DNA from: Macrostomum lignano
Lineage: Eukaryota
Reading direction: 5' to 3'
Assembly: GCA_002269645.1 (NCBI GenBank)
Contig: NIVC01001873.1
Coordinates: forward strand, 163,124 to 227,123
DNA: 64,000 nucleotides
Shown in pieces: positions 34,801 through 50,100 of the stretch. Under the pieces are notes generated by a model, which saw nothing but the letters and a program-made list of their open reading frames with translations, did not search any database and had not been told where the DNA came from. How positions within the stretch are numbered: position 1 is the stretch's first letter; every line of letters starts with the position of its first letter. The position numbers and the translations under genes were made by a program.

Positions 34801-37800
34801 TCGCTCTTTTCCTTTCGCTTCTCACTCCTCCCTCTCCTCTCATCTCTACTACTTTATTTATATCTTCTCCCTCGTCTTTCGTCTCTACTCTCGTCTGTCT
34901 CTTTTCTCCCCTTTTTTCTCCTCTTTTCTCTCTTCTCTCTCCGCTCCTCTCTCATCTCTCATCCCTCATCTCACTCTTTCTTTCTCCTCTACTCTCCCCT
35001 CTCTTCTATTTCCTCTGTACGCTCTTATCCTTCATCTATTCTCTCTCCTATTATCTCTCTTGTCTCCCTTTGCTATCTCATATATCCCCTCTCATCTCCT
35101 TTCTCCTCTTCGCTTTTCTGTCCTTCGTTCCCGCCTTAATCCCCTCTTCTCTCCCATCTGTCATGTCTAATCTCTCCACTCATTTCTACTCTGTTTTCTA
35201 CCATCTCATATCTCTTCTTTTTTCATTCTTCTCTTTACTCTCTTTTATGACTGATTGAAGATGCCAAATCTATCAAGATCCTCTCCGCGAAGCAGAAATC
35301 CTCTCCGTGAAACTGAAAACCATTGAAATCCTCTCCGCGAAACAGAAATCCTCTCCGTGAAACTGAAAACCATCGAAATTATCTCTTTAAAACTGGACTC
35401 AATCGAAATTTTCTCCGTCAAAAAGAATAAAATATTAGGATTCATTGGTTAGGGTTATTGTTAGGGTTAGGGTTAGGGTTAGAGCTACACACAGCTGCGT
35501 GTTTAAATAAAAAATTGAGCCAATTGAATCAATTGATAGCGCAACCGATTTCAAAGTCAGTCAGTATCAGTCTCAGGTAAAGTGAACAAAAAGATTGCGC
35601 AATTTAAATCAACCCTCCAGTACACAGAGACCGGCCCCTTTTCAATACGCAGTGGCAGTTAGAAATTGAACCCGGGTGTTGGGGGCATTGAACTAAAAAT
35701 GAGTACAATCTTTGCAGAAAGCTAAAAGTATGGAAATAGTTTTTGTATGCTGTGCTTTTAGTCTTTATATTTAAAGCAAACAATTTATATCCTCGAACTC
35801 AGCGTTGCAAGATCTTTTCAGCAGTATAAGTCTCTTCTCTTAAAGTTTAGAACTCGAAGAGCAGTTAGCGTTTGAAAGTTCCCGTTTTAAAGCATTGAAA
35901 TATCGAGTGTACGTTCACTGCCTGCCAAAGAGGCTCGCAAGTTTATTCATTCATTACACAGGCCGGCTATTACACAGGGCAGCCTATTAAAAGGCACAGA
36001 TAATGAAACAAATTGATGTCGCAACCGATTTCACAGTCAGTCAGTATCAGTCTCAGTTAAAGTTAACAAAAACATTGCGCAATATAAATCAACCCTCCAA
36101 TCCACAGCAGTAGTGAGAAGTTGAACCCTCCCCCCAACTTTATCTATTTCGTCTCGCAAAACTGAGTACAATATTTGCAAAAAGTTAAAAGTATGGAAAT
36201 AGTTTTTCAAATGCTGTGCTTTTTCTTTTCATATTTAAAGCAAACAATTTATATCCCCGAACTCAGCGTTGCAAGATCTTTCCAGCAATATAAGTCTCTT
36301 CTTTCAAAGTTTAAAACTCGAGGAACAGTTAGCGTTTGAAACTGTCTGATTTATAGCATTGAAGTATCGAGTGTACGTTCACTGCCTGCTTGCAAGTTGA
36401 TGCATTGAATTTCAATGTCCAACAAATACACAGGACTGCCCATTGAAAGGCAGGAAAACTTATCAGTAGCCATATCATTGCGCAATTATCTATAAAGTCA
36501 GCCAGTGAGCCAGGGTCCAAGTGTACACACGCAGCCACTGAGAACGCTCCCACCCCCCACTGGAAAGAAAATACACTACAGAGATAGGGAAAGGTTGTGG
36601 CGCAATCACTAAAAATTCATGCATTTTTCAGCTCCAAGCAGAAAGAGGGGACAATTAAGATTATCAAAGGTCAAGATTCAAGTTTTCTGCTTTTTTGAGG
36701 ATCTTAGAAATAAAAATTTCAGAATTAAAATAGCCTATAGCCGACCTCGGATAATTTCCAATCTTCCCATATAAGTTTCAACGCTGAGTTGGCACTATTC
36801 AAGGAGGAGTTGTCGAAATGACAGACAGACATACAGACAGACATACAGACAGACAAACAACGCGTCAACTTTAGTATATACGAGTGGAACTCCTCCTTCG
36901 GAGGAGAAAGGGGAAGAACTCCCATCACCGGAATTCCATTTCCTGAAATATTCATCAACTGAAATTCCATCTCTTGAACCCTATCTTCCAAATCGTCTCC
37001 AAATTCTTTACAAAACCTTTCAAAGACCATTGCTCAAAGACTCTCACGTCTCTTATATCTCCTCTCTCCTCTCTTCGCTATTATCGTGACTCTCTTCTCT
37101 CTCCTCTCTCATCTCATATCTACCCCTACTCCCTTATTTATCTCTTCTCCCTCGTCTTTCGTCTGTACCCCCTCCTGTCTCCTCTGTTCTCTGTTCTATC
37201 ACATCTCTATTCTTCACTTCTGTCTCCTGTCTCCTCTCTTCTCTCTTATCTCTCCTTCTTCTCTTCTCTCTCATATGTCATCTCTACTCACTTATCTATC
37301 GTCTCTCTTAACCCTCTCTCTCTCTCTCTCTCTCTCTTCTCTCCTCTCTGCTCTCATTTCTTATATCTCATATACGGTCTCAGACTCTACTTTCTTGTCT
37401 CCCATCTTTCTTTCCTCCTTTCCACTACCCCCCGTCTCTTCTCTTCTCTCTTTTCTAATCTCTAATCTCTTTTCTCTTATGTTCTCACTCATCTCTTCTC
37501 CTCGCATCTCTCTTCTCTCCTCTCCTCACTACTTCCCTCTCTTAACTCTCTCATCTCTGATTTTTCACCTCTCTCCTCTCTCCTCTCGCTCTTTTCCTTT
37601 CGCTTCTCACTCCTCCCTCTCCTCTCATCTCTACTACTTTATTTATATCTTCTCCCTCGTCTTTCGTCTCTACTCTCGTCTGTCTCTTTTCTCCCCTTTT
37701 TTCTCCTCTTTTCTCTCTTCTCTCTCCGCTCCTCTCTCATCTCTCATCCCTCATCTCACTCTTTCTTTCTCCTCTACTCTCCCCTCTCTTCTATTTCCTC

Positions 37801-40800
37801 TGTACGCTCTTATCCTTCATCTATTCTCTCTCCTATTATCTCTCTTGTCTCCCTTTGCTATCTCATATATCCCCTCTCATCTCCTTTCTCCTCTTCGCTT
37901 TTCTGTCCTTCGTTCCCGCCTTAATCCCCTCTTCTCTCCCATCTGTCATGTCTAATCTCTCCACTCATTTCTACTCTGTTTTCTACCATCTCATATCTCT
38001 TCTTTTTTCATTCTTCTTTTTATTCTCTTCTCTGACTGATTGAAGATGCCAAATCTATCAAGATCCTCTCCGCGAAGCAGAAATCCTCTCCGTGAAACTG
38101 AAAACCATTGAAATCCTCTCCGCGAAACAGAAATCCTCTCCGTGAAACTGAAAACCATCGAAATTATCTCTTTAAAACTGGACTCAATCGAAATTTTCTC
38201 CGTCAAAAAGAATAAAATATTAGGATTCATTGGTTAGGGTTATTGTTAGGGTTAGGGTTAGGGTTAGAGCTACACACAGCTGCGTGTTTAAATAAAAAAT
38301 TGAGCCAATTGAATCAATTGATAGCGCAACCGATTTCAAAGTCAGTCAGTATCAGTCTCAGGTAAAGTGAACAAAAAGATTGCGCAATTTAAATCAACCC
38401 TCCAGTACACAGAGACCGGCCCCTTTTCAATACGCAGTGGCAGTTAGAAATTGAACCCGGGTGTTGGGGGCATTGAACTAAAAATGAGTACAATCTTTGC
38501 AGAAAGCTAAAAGTATGGAAATAGTTTTTGTATGCTGTGCTTTTAGTCTTTATATTTAAAGCAAACAATTTATATCCTCGAACTCAGCGTTGCAAGATCT
38601 TTTCAGCAGTATAAGTCTCTTCTCTTAAAGTTTAGAACTCGAAGAGCAGTTAGCGTTTGAAAGTTCCCGTTTTAAAGCATTGAAATATCGAGTGTACGTT
38701 CACTGCCTGCCAAAGAGGCTCGCAAGTTTATTCATTCATTACACAGGCCGGCTATTACACAGGGCAGCCTATTAAAAGGCACAGATAATGAAACAAATTG
38801 ATGTCGCAACCGATTTCACAGTCAGTCAGTATCAGTCTCAGTTAAAGTTAACAAAAACATTGCGCAATATAAATCAACCCTCCAATCCACAGCAGTAGTG
38901 AGAAGTTGAACCCTCCCCCCAACTTTATCTATTTCGTCTCGCAAAACTGAGTACAATATTTGCAAAAAGTTAAAAGTATGGAAATAGTTTTTCAAATGCT
39001 GTGCTTTTTCTTTTCATATTTAAAGCAAACAATTTATATCCCCGAACTCAGCGTTGCAAGATCTTTCCAGCAATATAAGTCTCTTCTTTCAAAGTTTAAA
39101 ACTCGAGGAACAGTTAGCGTTTGAAACTGTCTGATTTATAGCATTGAAGTATCGAGTGTACGTTCACTGCCTGCTTGCAAGTTGATGCATTGAATTTCAA
39201 TGTCCAACAAATACACAGGACTGCCCATTGAAAGGCAGGAAAACTTATCAGTAGCCATATCATTGCGCAATTATCTATAAAGTCAGCCAGTGAGCCAGGG
39301 TCCAAGTGTACACACGCAGCCACTGAGAACGCTCCCACCCCCCACTGGAAAGAAAATACACTACAGAGATAGGGAAAGGTTGTGGCGCAATCACTAAAAA
39401 TTCATGCATTTTTCAGCTCCAAGCAGAAAGAGGGGACAATTAAGATTATCAAAGGTCAAGATTCAAGTTTTCTGCTTTTTTGAGGATCTTAGAAATAAAA
39501 ATTTCAGAATTAAAATAGCCTATAGCCGACCTCGGATAATTTCCAATCTTCCCATATAAGTTTCAACGCTGAGTTGGCACTATTCAAGGAGGAGTTGTCG
39601 AAATGACAGACAGACATACAGACAGACATACAGACAGACAAACAACGCGTCAACTTTAGTATATACGAGTGGAACTCCTCCTTCGGAGGAGAAAGGGGAA
39701 GAACTCCCATCACCGGAATTCCATTTCCTGAAATATTCATCAACTGAAATTCCATCTCTTGAACCCTATCTTCCAAATCGTCTCCAAATTCTTTACAAAA
39801 CCTTTCAAAGACCATTGCTCAAAGACTCTCACGTCTCTTATATCTCCTCTCTCCTCTCTTCGCTATTATCGTGACTCTCTTCTCTCTCCTCTCTCATCTC
39901 ATATCTACCCCTACTCCCTTATTTATCTCTTCTCCCTCGTCTTTCGTCTGTACCCCCTCCTGTCTCCTCTGTTCTCTGTTCTATCACATCTCTATTCTTC
40001 ACTTCTGTCTCCTGTCTCCTCTCTTCTCTCTTATCTCTCCTTCTTCTCTTCTCTCTCATATGTCATCTCTACTCACTTATCTATCGTCTCTCTTAACCCT
40101 CTCTCTCTCTCTCTCTCTCTTCTCTCCTCTCTGCTCTCATTTCTTATATCTCATATACGGTCTCAGACTCTACTTTCTTGTCTCCCATCTTTCTTTCCTC
40201 CTTTCCACTACCCCCGTCTCTTCTCTTCTCTCTTTTCTAATCTCTAATCTCTTTTCTCTTATGTTCTCACTCATCTCTTCTCCTCGCATCTCTCTTCTCT
40301 CCTCTCCTCACTACTTCCCTCTCTTAACTCTCTCATCTCTGATTTTTCACCTCTCTCCTCTCTCCTCTCGCTCTTTTCCTTTCGCTTCTCACTCCTCCCT
40401 CTCCTCTCATCTCTACTACTTTATTTATATCTTCTCCCTCGTCTTTCGTCTCTACTCTCGTCTGTCTCTTTTCTCCCCTTTTTTCTCCTCTTTTCTCTCT
40501 TCTCTCTCCGCTCCTCTCTCATCTCTCATCCCTCATCTCACTCTTTCTTTCTCCTCTACTCTCCCCTCTCTTCTATTTCCTCTGTACGCTCTTATCCTTC
40601 ATCTATTCTCTCTCCTATTATCTCTCTTGTCTCCCTTTGCTATCTCATATATCCCCTCTCATCTCCTTTCTCCTCTTCGCTTTTCTGTCCTTCGTTCCCG
40701 CCTTAATCCCCTCTTCTCTCCCATCTGTCATGTCTAATCTCTCCACTCATTTCTACTCTGTTTTCTACCATCTCATATCTCTTCTTTTTTCATTCTTCTT

Positions 40801-43800
40801 TTTATTCTCTTCTCTGACTGATTGAAGATGCCAAATCAATCAAGATCCTCTCCGCGAAGCAGAAATCCTGTCCGTGCAACTGAAAACCATCGAAATCCTC
40901 TCCGTGAAACTGAAGAGAATCGAAATCCTCTCCGCGAAACAGAAATCCTCTCCGTGAAACTGAAAACCATCGAAATTCTTTCTTTTAAACTGGACTCAAT
41001 CGAAATTTCCTCCGTCAAAAAGAATAAATATCAGGATTCATTGGTTATTGTTAAGGGTTAGGGTTAGGGTTAGAGCTACACACAGCTGCGTGTTCAAATA
41101 AAAAATGAACCAATTGAATCAATTGATTGCGCAACCGATTTCACAGTCAGTCAGTATCAGTCTCAGTTAAAGTTAGCAAAAAAATTGCGCAATCTAAATC
41201 AACCCTCCAGTACACAGAGACCGACCCCTTTTCAATACGCTGTGGCAGTTAGAAATTGAACCCCCATCTGTTGGGGGCATTGAACCAAAAAATGAGTACA
41301 ATCTTTGCATAAAGCTAAAAGTATGGAAATAGTTTTTTTGATGCTGCTCTTTTAGTCTTTATATTGAAAGCTAACAATTTATATCCTCGAACTCAGCGTT
41401 GCAAGATCTTTTCAGCAGTATAAGTCTCTTCTCTTAAAGTTTAGAACTCGAAGAGCAGTTAGCGTTTGAAAGTTCCCGTTTTAAAGCATTGAAATATCGC
41501 GTGTACGTTCACTACTGCCTGCTGGCACAAATAATAAAACAAATTGATGGCGCAATTCATTTCTCCGTCAGTCAGTATCAGTCTCGGTTAAAATTATTAC
41601 GCAAACTAAATCAACCCTCCAATGCTCAGAGACTGACCCCTTGCAATACGCAGTGGCGGTTAGAAATTGAACCCACCCCCCCCCCCCAACTGTTGGGGGG
41701 TCGGTCGAACCCCCATTCAATCCAAAATGAGTACACTCTTTGCAGAAAGTTAAAAGAATGGAAATAGTTTTTCCAATGCAGAGCATTTAGTTTTCATATT
41801 TAATGCAAACAATTTATATAATTGAAATCAGCATTGAAAGATCTTTCCAGCAATATAAGTCTCTTCTCTCTAAGTTAAAAACTCGGGGAACAGTTTGCGT
41901 TTGAAATTTCCTAATTTAAAGCATTGAATTTTTGAGTGTACGTTCACTGCCTGCTACATAGGGAGGCTCGCAAATTTATTCATTGAATTTTACTGAAGCC
42001 CTAACACCCCCAATACGTACGGGGGTTTTATTTGCCCCAGTGCTCAATGCAAAAAATTGTGGGGCAATCGCTAAAAATTGATGTCAACCGGCCCGGTTAC
42101 ACCCCCTTCAGCTGAAAGAATACACTACACAGATAGGCCAGCTGTTGTGGCGCAATCATTGCAAATTACGCAAGATGGGCATATTCCCCTATTGTTCTAT
42201 TATTTCTGCTTTTTTAGGGATCTTAAAATGTAAAAATGAAAGATTAAAATAGCCTATAGCCTGACCCGGAAAGTTTGCAGTTTTCCCATATGAGTTTCAA
42301 CTCTGAGTTGCAAGTATTCTAGGAGGAGTTATGCAACTGACATACAGACAAACATCACACCAACTTTAGTATAAGAGAGTGGAACTCCTCCTCCGGAGGA
42401 GAAAGGGGAAGAACTCCCATCACCGGAATTCCATTCCCTGAAATCCATCAGCTGAAACTCCACTTGAATCTCATCTTCCAAATCGTCTCCAAATTCTTTA
42501 CAAAATCTTTGAAAGACCATAGCTCAAAAACTCTCACGTCTCTCATATCTCCTCTCTCTTCTATTCGCTATTATCGTGACTCTCTTCTCTCTCCTCTCTC
42601 TCATCTCATCTCTACCCTTACTCCCTTATTTATCCTACTCCCTCGTCTTTCGTTTGTACACTCTCCTGTCTCTTGTCTCCTCTCTTCTCTCATATCTCTC
42701 CTCTTCACTTCTGTCTCCTGTCTCCTCTCTTCTCTCTTATCTCTCCCTCTTCTCTCCTCTCTCATATGTCATCTTTTCTTACTTATCTATCGTCTCTCTT
42801 AACCCTCTCTTTCTTCTCTTTTCTCTCCTATCTGCTTCTCATTTCTCATATCTCATATACGCTCTCACACTCTACTTTCTTGTCTCCCATCTTTCTTTCC
42901 ACCTTACCACTATCCCCTGTCTCTTCTCTTCTCTCTTTTCTATCCTCTCCATTCTCTCATCTCTCCTCTCCTCACTACTTTCCTTCTCTTAACTCTCTTA
43001 TCTCTGATCTTTCATCTCTTTCCTCTCTCCTCTCTCTCTTCTCCTCTCGCTTCTCTCTCTCCTCTCTCTCCTCTCATCTATACTACCTTATTTATATCTT
43101 CTCCCTGGTCTTTCGTCTCTACTCTCTCCTGTCTCATTTCTCCCCTCTTTTCTCCTCTCTTCTCTCTCCCCTCCTCTCTCATCTCTCATCCCTCATCTCA
43201 CTCCTTCTTTCTCCTCTACTCTCCCCGCTTTTCTATTACCTCTGTACGCTCTTATCCCTCATCTCTATTCTCTCTCCTATCGTCTCTCTTGTCTCCCTCT
43301 GCTATCTCATATTCCCCTCTCGTCTCCTCTCTCCTCTTCTCTTCTCTCTCCTTCGTTCCCGCCTTACTCACCTCTTCTCTCCCATCTGTCATGTCTAATC
43401 TCTCGTCTCATTTCTACTCTGTTTTCTATCATCTCATCTCATCTCTCTTCTCTTTTCATTCTTCTCTTTACTCTCCTCTCTGACTGATTGAAAATGCCAA
43501 ATCCATCAAGATCCTCTCCGCGAAACAGAAAAATCCTGTCCGTGCAACTGAAAACCATCGAAATCCTCTCCGTGAAACTTAAATCCATCAAAATTGTCTC
43601 CATAAAACAGAAATCAATCATAAATTATCTCCGCGAAACAGAAATCCTCTCCGTGAAGCTGAACATCATCGAAATCCTCTCTTCGTAAAACTGAACACCA
43701 TCGAAATCCTCTCCACGAAACAGAAATCCTCTCCGTCAAAATTAAAACATTGAAATCGTCTCCGCTAAACTGGACTCAATCGATCGAATTTTTCCGTCAA

Positions 43801-44703
43801 ACAACTCAACTCTCCGGATTCATTGGTTAGGGTTAGGGTTAGGGTTAGAACTACGCACAGCTTCGTGTTAAAAGGCACTGATAAAAATATTGAACTAATT
43901 GAATCAATTCATTGCGCAACCGATTTCACAGTCAGTCAGTATCAGTCTCAGTTAAAGTTAACAAAAACATTGCGCAATCTAAATCAACCCTCCAATACAC
44001 AGCAGCAGTGAGAAGTTGAACCCTCCCCCCAACAATCTTTGCAGATTAAAGTACAATCTTTGCAGACAGTTAAAAGTATGGAAATAGTTTTTCAAATGCT
44101 GTGCTTTTTCTTTTCATATTTAAAGCAAACAACTTATATCCCCGAACTCAGCGTTGCAAGATCCTGCCAGCAATATAAGTGTCTCCTCATAAAGTTTAAA
44201 ACTCGAGGAACAGTTAGCGTTTGAAACTGTCTGATTTATAGCATTGAAGTATCGAGTGTACGTTGACTGCCTGCTTGCAAGTTGATGCATTGAATTTCAA
44301 TGTCCAACAAATACACAGGGCTGCCCATTGAAAGGCAGGAAAACTTATCAGTAGCCATATCATTGCGCAATTATCTATACAGTCAGCCAGTGAGCCAGGG
44401 TCCAAGTGTACACACGCAGCCACTGAGAACGCTCCCACCCCCACTGGAAAGAAAATACACTACAGAGATAGGGAAAAGTTGTGGCGCAATCACTAAAAAT
44501 TCATGCATTTTTCAGCTCCAAGCAGAAAGAGGGGACAATTAAGATTATCAAAGGTCAAGATTCAAGTTTTCTGCTTTTTTGAGGATCTTAGAAATTAAAA
44601 TTTCAGAATTAAAATAGCCTATAGCCGACCTCGGATAATTTCCAATCTTCCCATATAAGTTTCAACGCTGAGTTGCCACTATTCAAGGAGGAGTTGTCGA
44701 AAT

Positions 44704-44739
<36 letters not shown>

Positions 44740-47135
44740 GACAGACAAACAACACGTCAACTTTAGTATATATAGATAGAAAATTTCAGAATTAAAATAG
44801 CCTATAGCCGACCTCGGATAATTTCCAATCTTCCCATATAAGTTTCAACGCTGAGTTGGCACTATTCAAGGAGGAGTTGTCGAAATGACAGACAGACATA
44901 CAGACAGACATACAGACAGACAAACAACGCGTCAACTTTAGTATATATAGATAGAGAGTGGAACTCCTCCTCTGGAGGAGAAAGGGGAAGAACTCCCATC
45001 ACCGGAATTCTGAAGGGGAAGAACTCCCATCAGCTGAAATTCCATGACTTGAATCCCATCTTCCAAATCATCTCCAAATCCTCTACAATGCATTTCAATT
45101 ACCGGATATCTTGTTTTCCCTATTTGCAAAAACTCACTGGCATTGTCCAGACTCGGACTCTCATGTCTCTGCTCTCATTTCTCATATCTCATATCTTTCA
45201 TATCACCCTCTCCTTTCTTATCTTCCATCTTTCTGCCCTCCTTACTACCGTCTCTTGTCACCTTTCTTTTCTCTCCTCTCCATTTTTTCTTCTCCCCTTT
45301 CCTTTCTCCTCTCATCTTTTCCCCTCTCTTCTCAAATCTCTCTCTCTCTCTTTTCTCACTTATCTCTTTTCTATTTGCATCTCTCATCTCTCTCCTCTCA
45401 TCTGTACTATCTTATTTATCTCTTCTCCCAGGTCTTTCAAATTTACTCTCTCCTGTCTCCTCTCTCCCCTCGTCTCTCCTCTCTCATATCTCTTCTCTAC
45501 TCACTTATCTATTCTCTCTACTCTGCTCCCCTTTTACACTTTCCTATATGCTCTCACTCTCACTCTCTCCTTTCTTATCTCCTGTTTTTACACTCCTTTC
45601 TACCACCTGTCTCCTCTCGTTTCTCTCCTCTCTGCACTCTCATCTTTACCCTCTTCTTTCTCCTCACTACTTTCTTCTCTCAAATCTCTGATCTCTGATC
45701 TTTCATCTCTCTCCTCTCAACTCTCACCTCTCTCCTCTCTTTCCTCTCTTCTATTGCCTCTGTGCGCTCTTATCCCTCTTTTCTTCTCTGTCCTGTCTCC
45801 TCTCTTCTATCTCATATCTTCTCTCTCATATCCTCTTCCTTCATCTCCTCTCTCATATCCTCTTCCTTCATCTCCTCTCTCCTCTTCTCTTCTCTCTCCT
45901 TCGTTCCCGCCTTACTCCCCTCTTCTCTCCCATCTGTCATGTCTAATCTCTCCACTCATTTCTACTCTGTTTTCTATCATCTCATCTCTCTTCTCTTTTC
46001 ATTCTTCTCTTTACTCTCTTCTCTGACTAATTGAAGATGCCAAATCCATCAAGATCCTCTCCGCGAAGCAGAAATCCTGTCCGTGCAACTGAAAACCATC
46101 GAAATCCTCTCCGTGAAACTGAACACCATCGAAATCCTCTCCACGAAACAGAAATCCTCTCCGTCAAAATTAAAACATTGAAATCGTCTCCGCTAAACTG
46201 GACTTAATCGAATTTTTTCCGTCAAACAACTTAACTCTCCGGATTCATTGGTTAGGGTTAGGGTTAGGGTTAGAACTACGCACAGCATCGTGTTAAAAGA
46301 CAACTGATTGAACTAATTGAATCAATTCATTGCGCAACCGATTTCACAGTCAGTCAGTATCAGTCTCAGTTAAAGTTAACAAAAGCATTGCGCAATCTAA
46401 ATCAACCCTCCAATACACAGCAGCAGTGAGAAGTTGAACCCTCCCCCCAGCTTTATCTATTACGTCTCGCAAAACTGAGTACAATCTTTGCAGCAAGTTA
46501 AAAGTATGGAAATAGTTTTTCAAATGCTGTGCTTTTTCTTTTCATATTTAAAGCAAACAACTTATATCCCCGAACTCAGCGTTGCAAGATCTTTCCAGCA
46601 ATATCAGTTTCTCCTATCAAAGTTTAAAACTCGAGGAACAGTTAGCGTTTAAAACTGTCTGATTTATTGCATTGAAGTATCGAGTGTACGTTGACTGCCT
46701 GCTTGCAAGTTGATGCATTGAATTTCAATGTCCAACAAATACACAGGGCTGCCCATTGAAGGGCAGGAAAACTTATCAGTAGCCATATCATTGCGCAATT
46801 ATCTATACAGTCAGCCAGTGAGCCAGGGTCCAAGTGTACACACGCAGCCACTGAGAACGCTCCCACCCCCCACTGGAAAGAAAATACACTACAGAGATAG
46901 GGAAAAGTTGTGGCGCAATCACTAAAAATTCATGCATTTTCAGCAGCTCCAAGCAGAAAGAGGGGACAATTAAGATTATCAAAGGTCAAGATTCAAGTTT
47001 TCTGCTTTTTTGAGGATCTTAGAAATAAAAATTTCAGAATTAAAATAGCCTATAGCCGACCTCGGATAATTTCCAATCTTCCCATATAAGTTTCAACGCT
47101 GAGTTGCCACTATTCAAGGAGGAGTTGTCGAAATG

Positions 47136-47166
<31 letters not shown>

Positions 47167-50100
47167 GACAGACAAACAACACGTCAACTTTAGTATATAC
47201 GAGTGGAACTCCTCCTTCGGAGGAGAAAGGGGAAGAACTCCCATCACCGGAATTCCATTCCCTGAAATCCATCAGCTGAAACTCCATGACTTGAATCCCA
47301 TCTTCCAAATCGTCTCCAAATTCTTTACAAAATTTTGAAAGACCATAGCTCAAAGACTCTCACGTCTCTCATATCTCCTCTCTCCTCTCTTCGCTATTAT
47401 CGTGACTCTCTTCTCTCTCCTCTCTCTCTCTCATCTCTACCCCTACTCCCTTATTTATATCTTCTCCCTGGTCTTTCGTCTCTACTCTCTCCTGTCTCAT
47501 TTCTCCCCTCTTTTCTCCTCTCTTCTCTCTCCCCTCTCCTCCCTCATCTCTCATCCTTCATCTCACTCTTTCTTTCTTCTCTACTCTCCCCTCTCTTCTA
47601 TTTCCCCTGTACGCTCTTATCCCTCATCTCTATTCTCTCTCCTATCATCTCTCCAAATTCTTTACAAAACCTTTCAAAGACCATAGCTCAAAGACTCTCA
47701 CGTCTCTCATATCTCCTCTCTCATATCTCTTCCCTCATCTCACTCTTTCTTTCTCCTCTACTCTCCCCTCTCTTCTATTTCCTCTGTACGCTCTTATCCG
47801 TCATCTATTCTCTTTCCTATTATCTCTCTTGTCTCCCTCTGCTATCTCATATCTCCCCTCTCATCTCCTCTCTCCTCTTCTCTTCTCTCTCCCTCTTCGT
47901 TTCCGCCTTACTCCCCTCTTCTCTTCCATCGGTCATGTCTAATCTATCCACTCATTTCTACTCTGTTTTATACCATCTCATGTCTCTTCTCTTTTCGATC
48001 TTCTCTTTACTCTCTTTTATGACTGATTGAAGATGCCAAATCTATCAAGATCCTCTCCGCGAAGCAGAAATCCTCTCCGTGAAACTGAAAACCATTGAAA
48101 TCCTCTCCGCGAAACAGAAATCCTCTCCGTGAAACTGAAAACCATCGAAATTATCTCTTTAAAACTGGACTCAATCGAAATTTTCTCCGTCAAAAAGAAT
48201 AAAATATTAGGATTCATTGGTTAGGGTTATTGTTAGGGTTAGGGTTAGGGTTAGAGCTACACACAGCTGCGTGTTTAAATAAAAAATTGAGCCAATTGAA
48301 TCAATTGATAGCGCAACCGATTTCAAAGTCAGTCAGTATCAGTCTCAGGTAAAGTGAACAAAAAGATTGCGCAATTTAAATCAACCCTCCAGTACACAGA
48401 GACCGGCCCCTTTTCAATACGCAGTGGCAGTTAGAAATTGAACCCGGGTGTTGGGGGCATTGAACTAAAAATGAGTACAATCTTTGCAGAAAGCTAAAAG
48501 TATGGAAATAGTTTTTGTATGCTGTGCTTTTAGTCTTTATATTTAAAGCAAACAATTTATATCCTCGAACTCAGCGTTGCAAGATCTTTTCAGCAGTATA
48601 AGTCTCTTCTCTTAAAGTTTAGAACTCGAAGAGCAGTTAGCGTTTGAAAGTTCCCGTTTTAAAGCATTGAAATATCGAGTGTACGTTCACTGCCTGCCAA
48701 AGAGGCTCGCAAGTTTATTCATTCATTACACAGGCCGGCTATTACACAGGGCAGCCTATTAAAAGGCACAGATAATGAAACAAATTGATGTCGCAGCCGA
48801 TTTCACAGTCAGTCATTATCAGTCTCAGTTAAAGTTAACAAAAACATTGCGCAATATAAATCAACCCTCCAATCCACAGCAGTAGTGAGAAGTTGAACCC
48901 TCCCCCCAACTTTATCTATTTCGTCTCGCAAAACTGAGTACAATATTTGCAAAAAGTTAAAAGTATGGAAATAGTTTTTCAAATGCTGTGCTTTTTCTTT
49001 TCATATTTAAAGCAAACAATTTATATCCCCGAACTCAGCGTTGCAAGATCTTGCCAGCAATATAAGTTTCTCCTCTCAAAGTTTAAAACTCGAGGAACAG
49101 TTAGCGTTTGAAACTGTCTGATTTATAGCATTGAAGTATCGAGTGTACGTTCACTGCCTGCTTGCAAGTTGATGCATTGAATTTCAATGTCCAACAAATA
49201 CACAGGACTGCCCATTGAAAGGCAGGAAAACTTATCAGTAGCCATATCATTGCGCAATTATCTATACAGTCAGCCAGTGAGCCAGGGTCCAAGTGTACAC
49301 ACGCAGCCACTGAGAACGCTCCCACCCCCCACTGGAAAGAAAATACACTGCATAGATAGGGAAAAGTTGTGGCGCAATCACTTGAAATTCATGCAAATTT
49401 TCAGCTCCAAGCAGAAAGAGGGGACAATTAAGATTATCAAAGGTCAAGACCGCCGTTTTCTGCTTTTTTGAGGATCTTAGAAATTAAAATTTCAGAATTA
49501 AAATAGCCTATAGCCGACCTCGGATAATTTCCAATCTTCCCATATAAGTTTCAACGCTGAGTTGCCACTATTCAAGGAGGAGTTGTCGAAATGACACACA
49601 CACACACACACACACACAGACAGACAGACAAACAACACGTCAACTTTAGTATATACGAGTGGAACTCCTCCTTCGGAGGAGAAAGGGGAAGAACTCCCAT
49701 CACTGGAATTCTATTCCCTGAAATATCCATCAACTGAAATTCCATGTCTTTAACCCTATCTTCCAAATCGTCTCCAAATTCTTTACAAAATCTTTCAAAG
49801 ACCATAGCTCAAAGACTCTCAAGTCTCTCATATCTCCTCTCTCCTCTCTCTCATCTCATCTCTACTCCTGCTCCCTTATTTATCTCTTCTCCCTCGTCTT
49901 TCGTCTGTACCTTCTCCTGTCTTCTGTCTCCTCTCTTCACTCTTATCTCTCCCTCTTCTCTCCTCTCTCATATGTCATCTCTCCTTACTTATCTATCGTC
50001 TCTCTTAACCCTCTCTCTCTTCTCTTTTCTCTCCTATCTGCTTCTCATTTCTCATATCTCATATACGCTCTCACACTCTACTTTCTTGTCTCCCATCTTT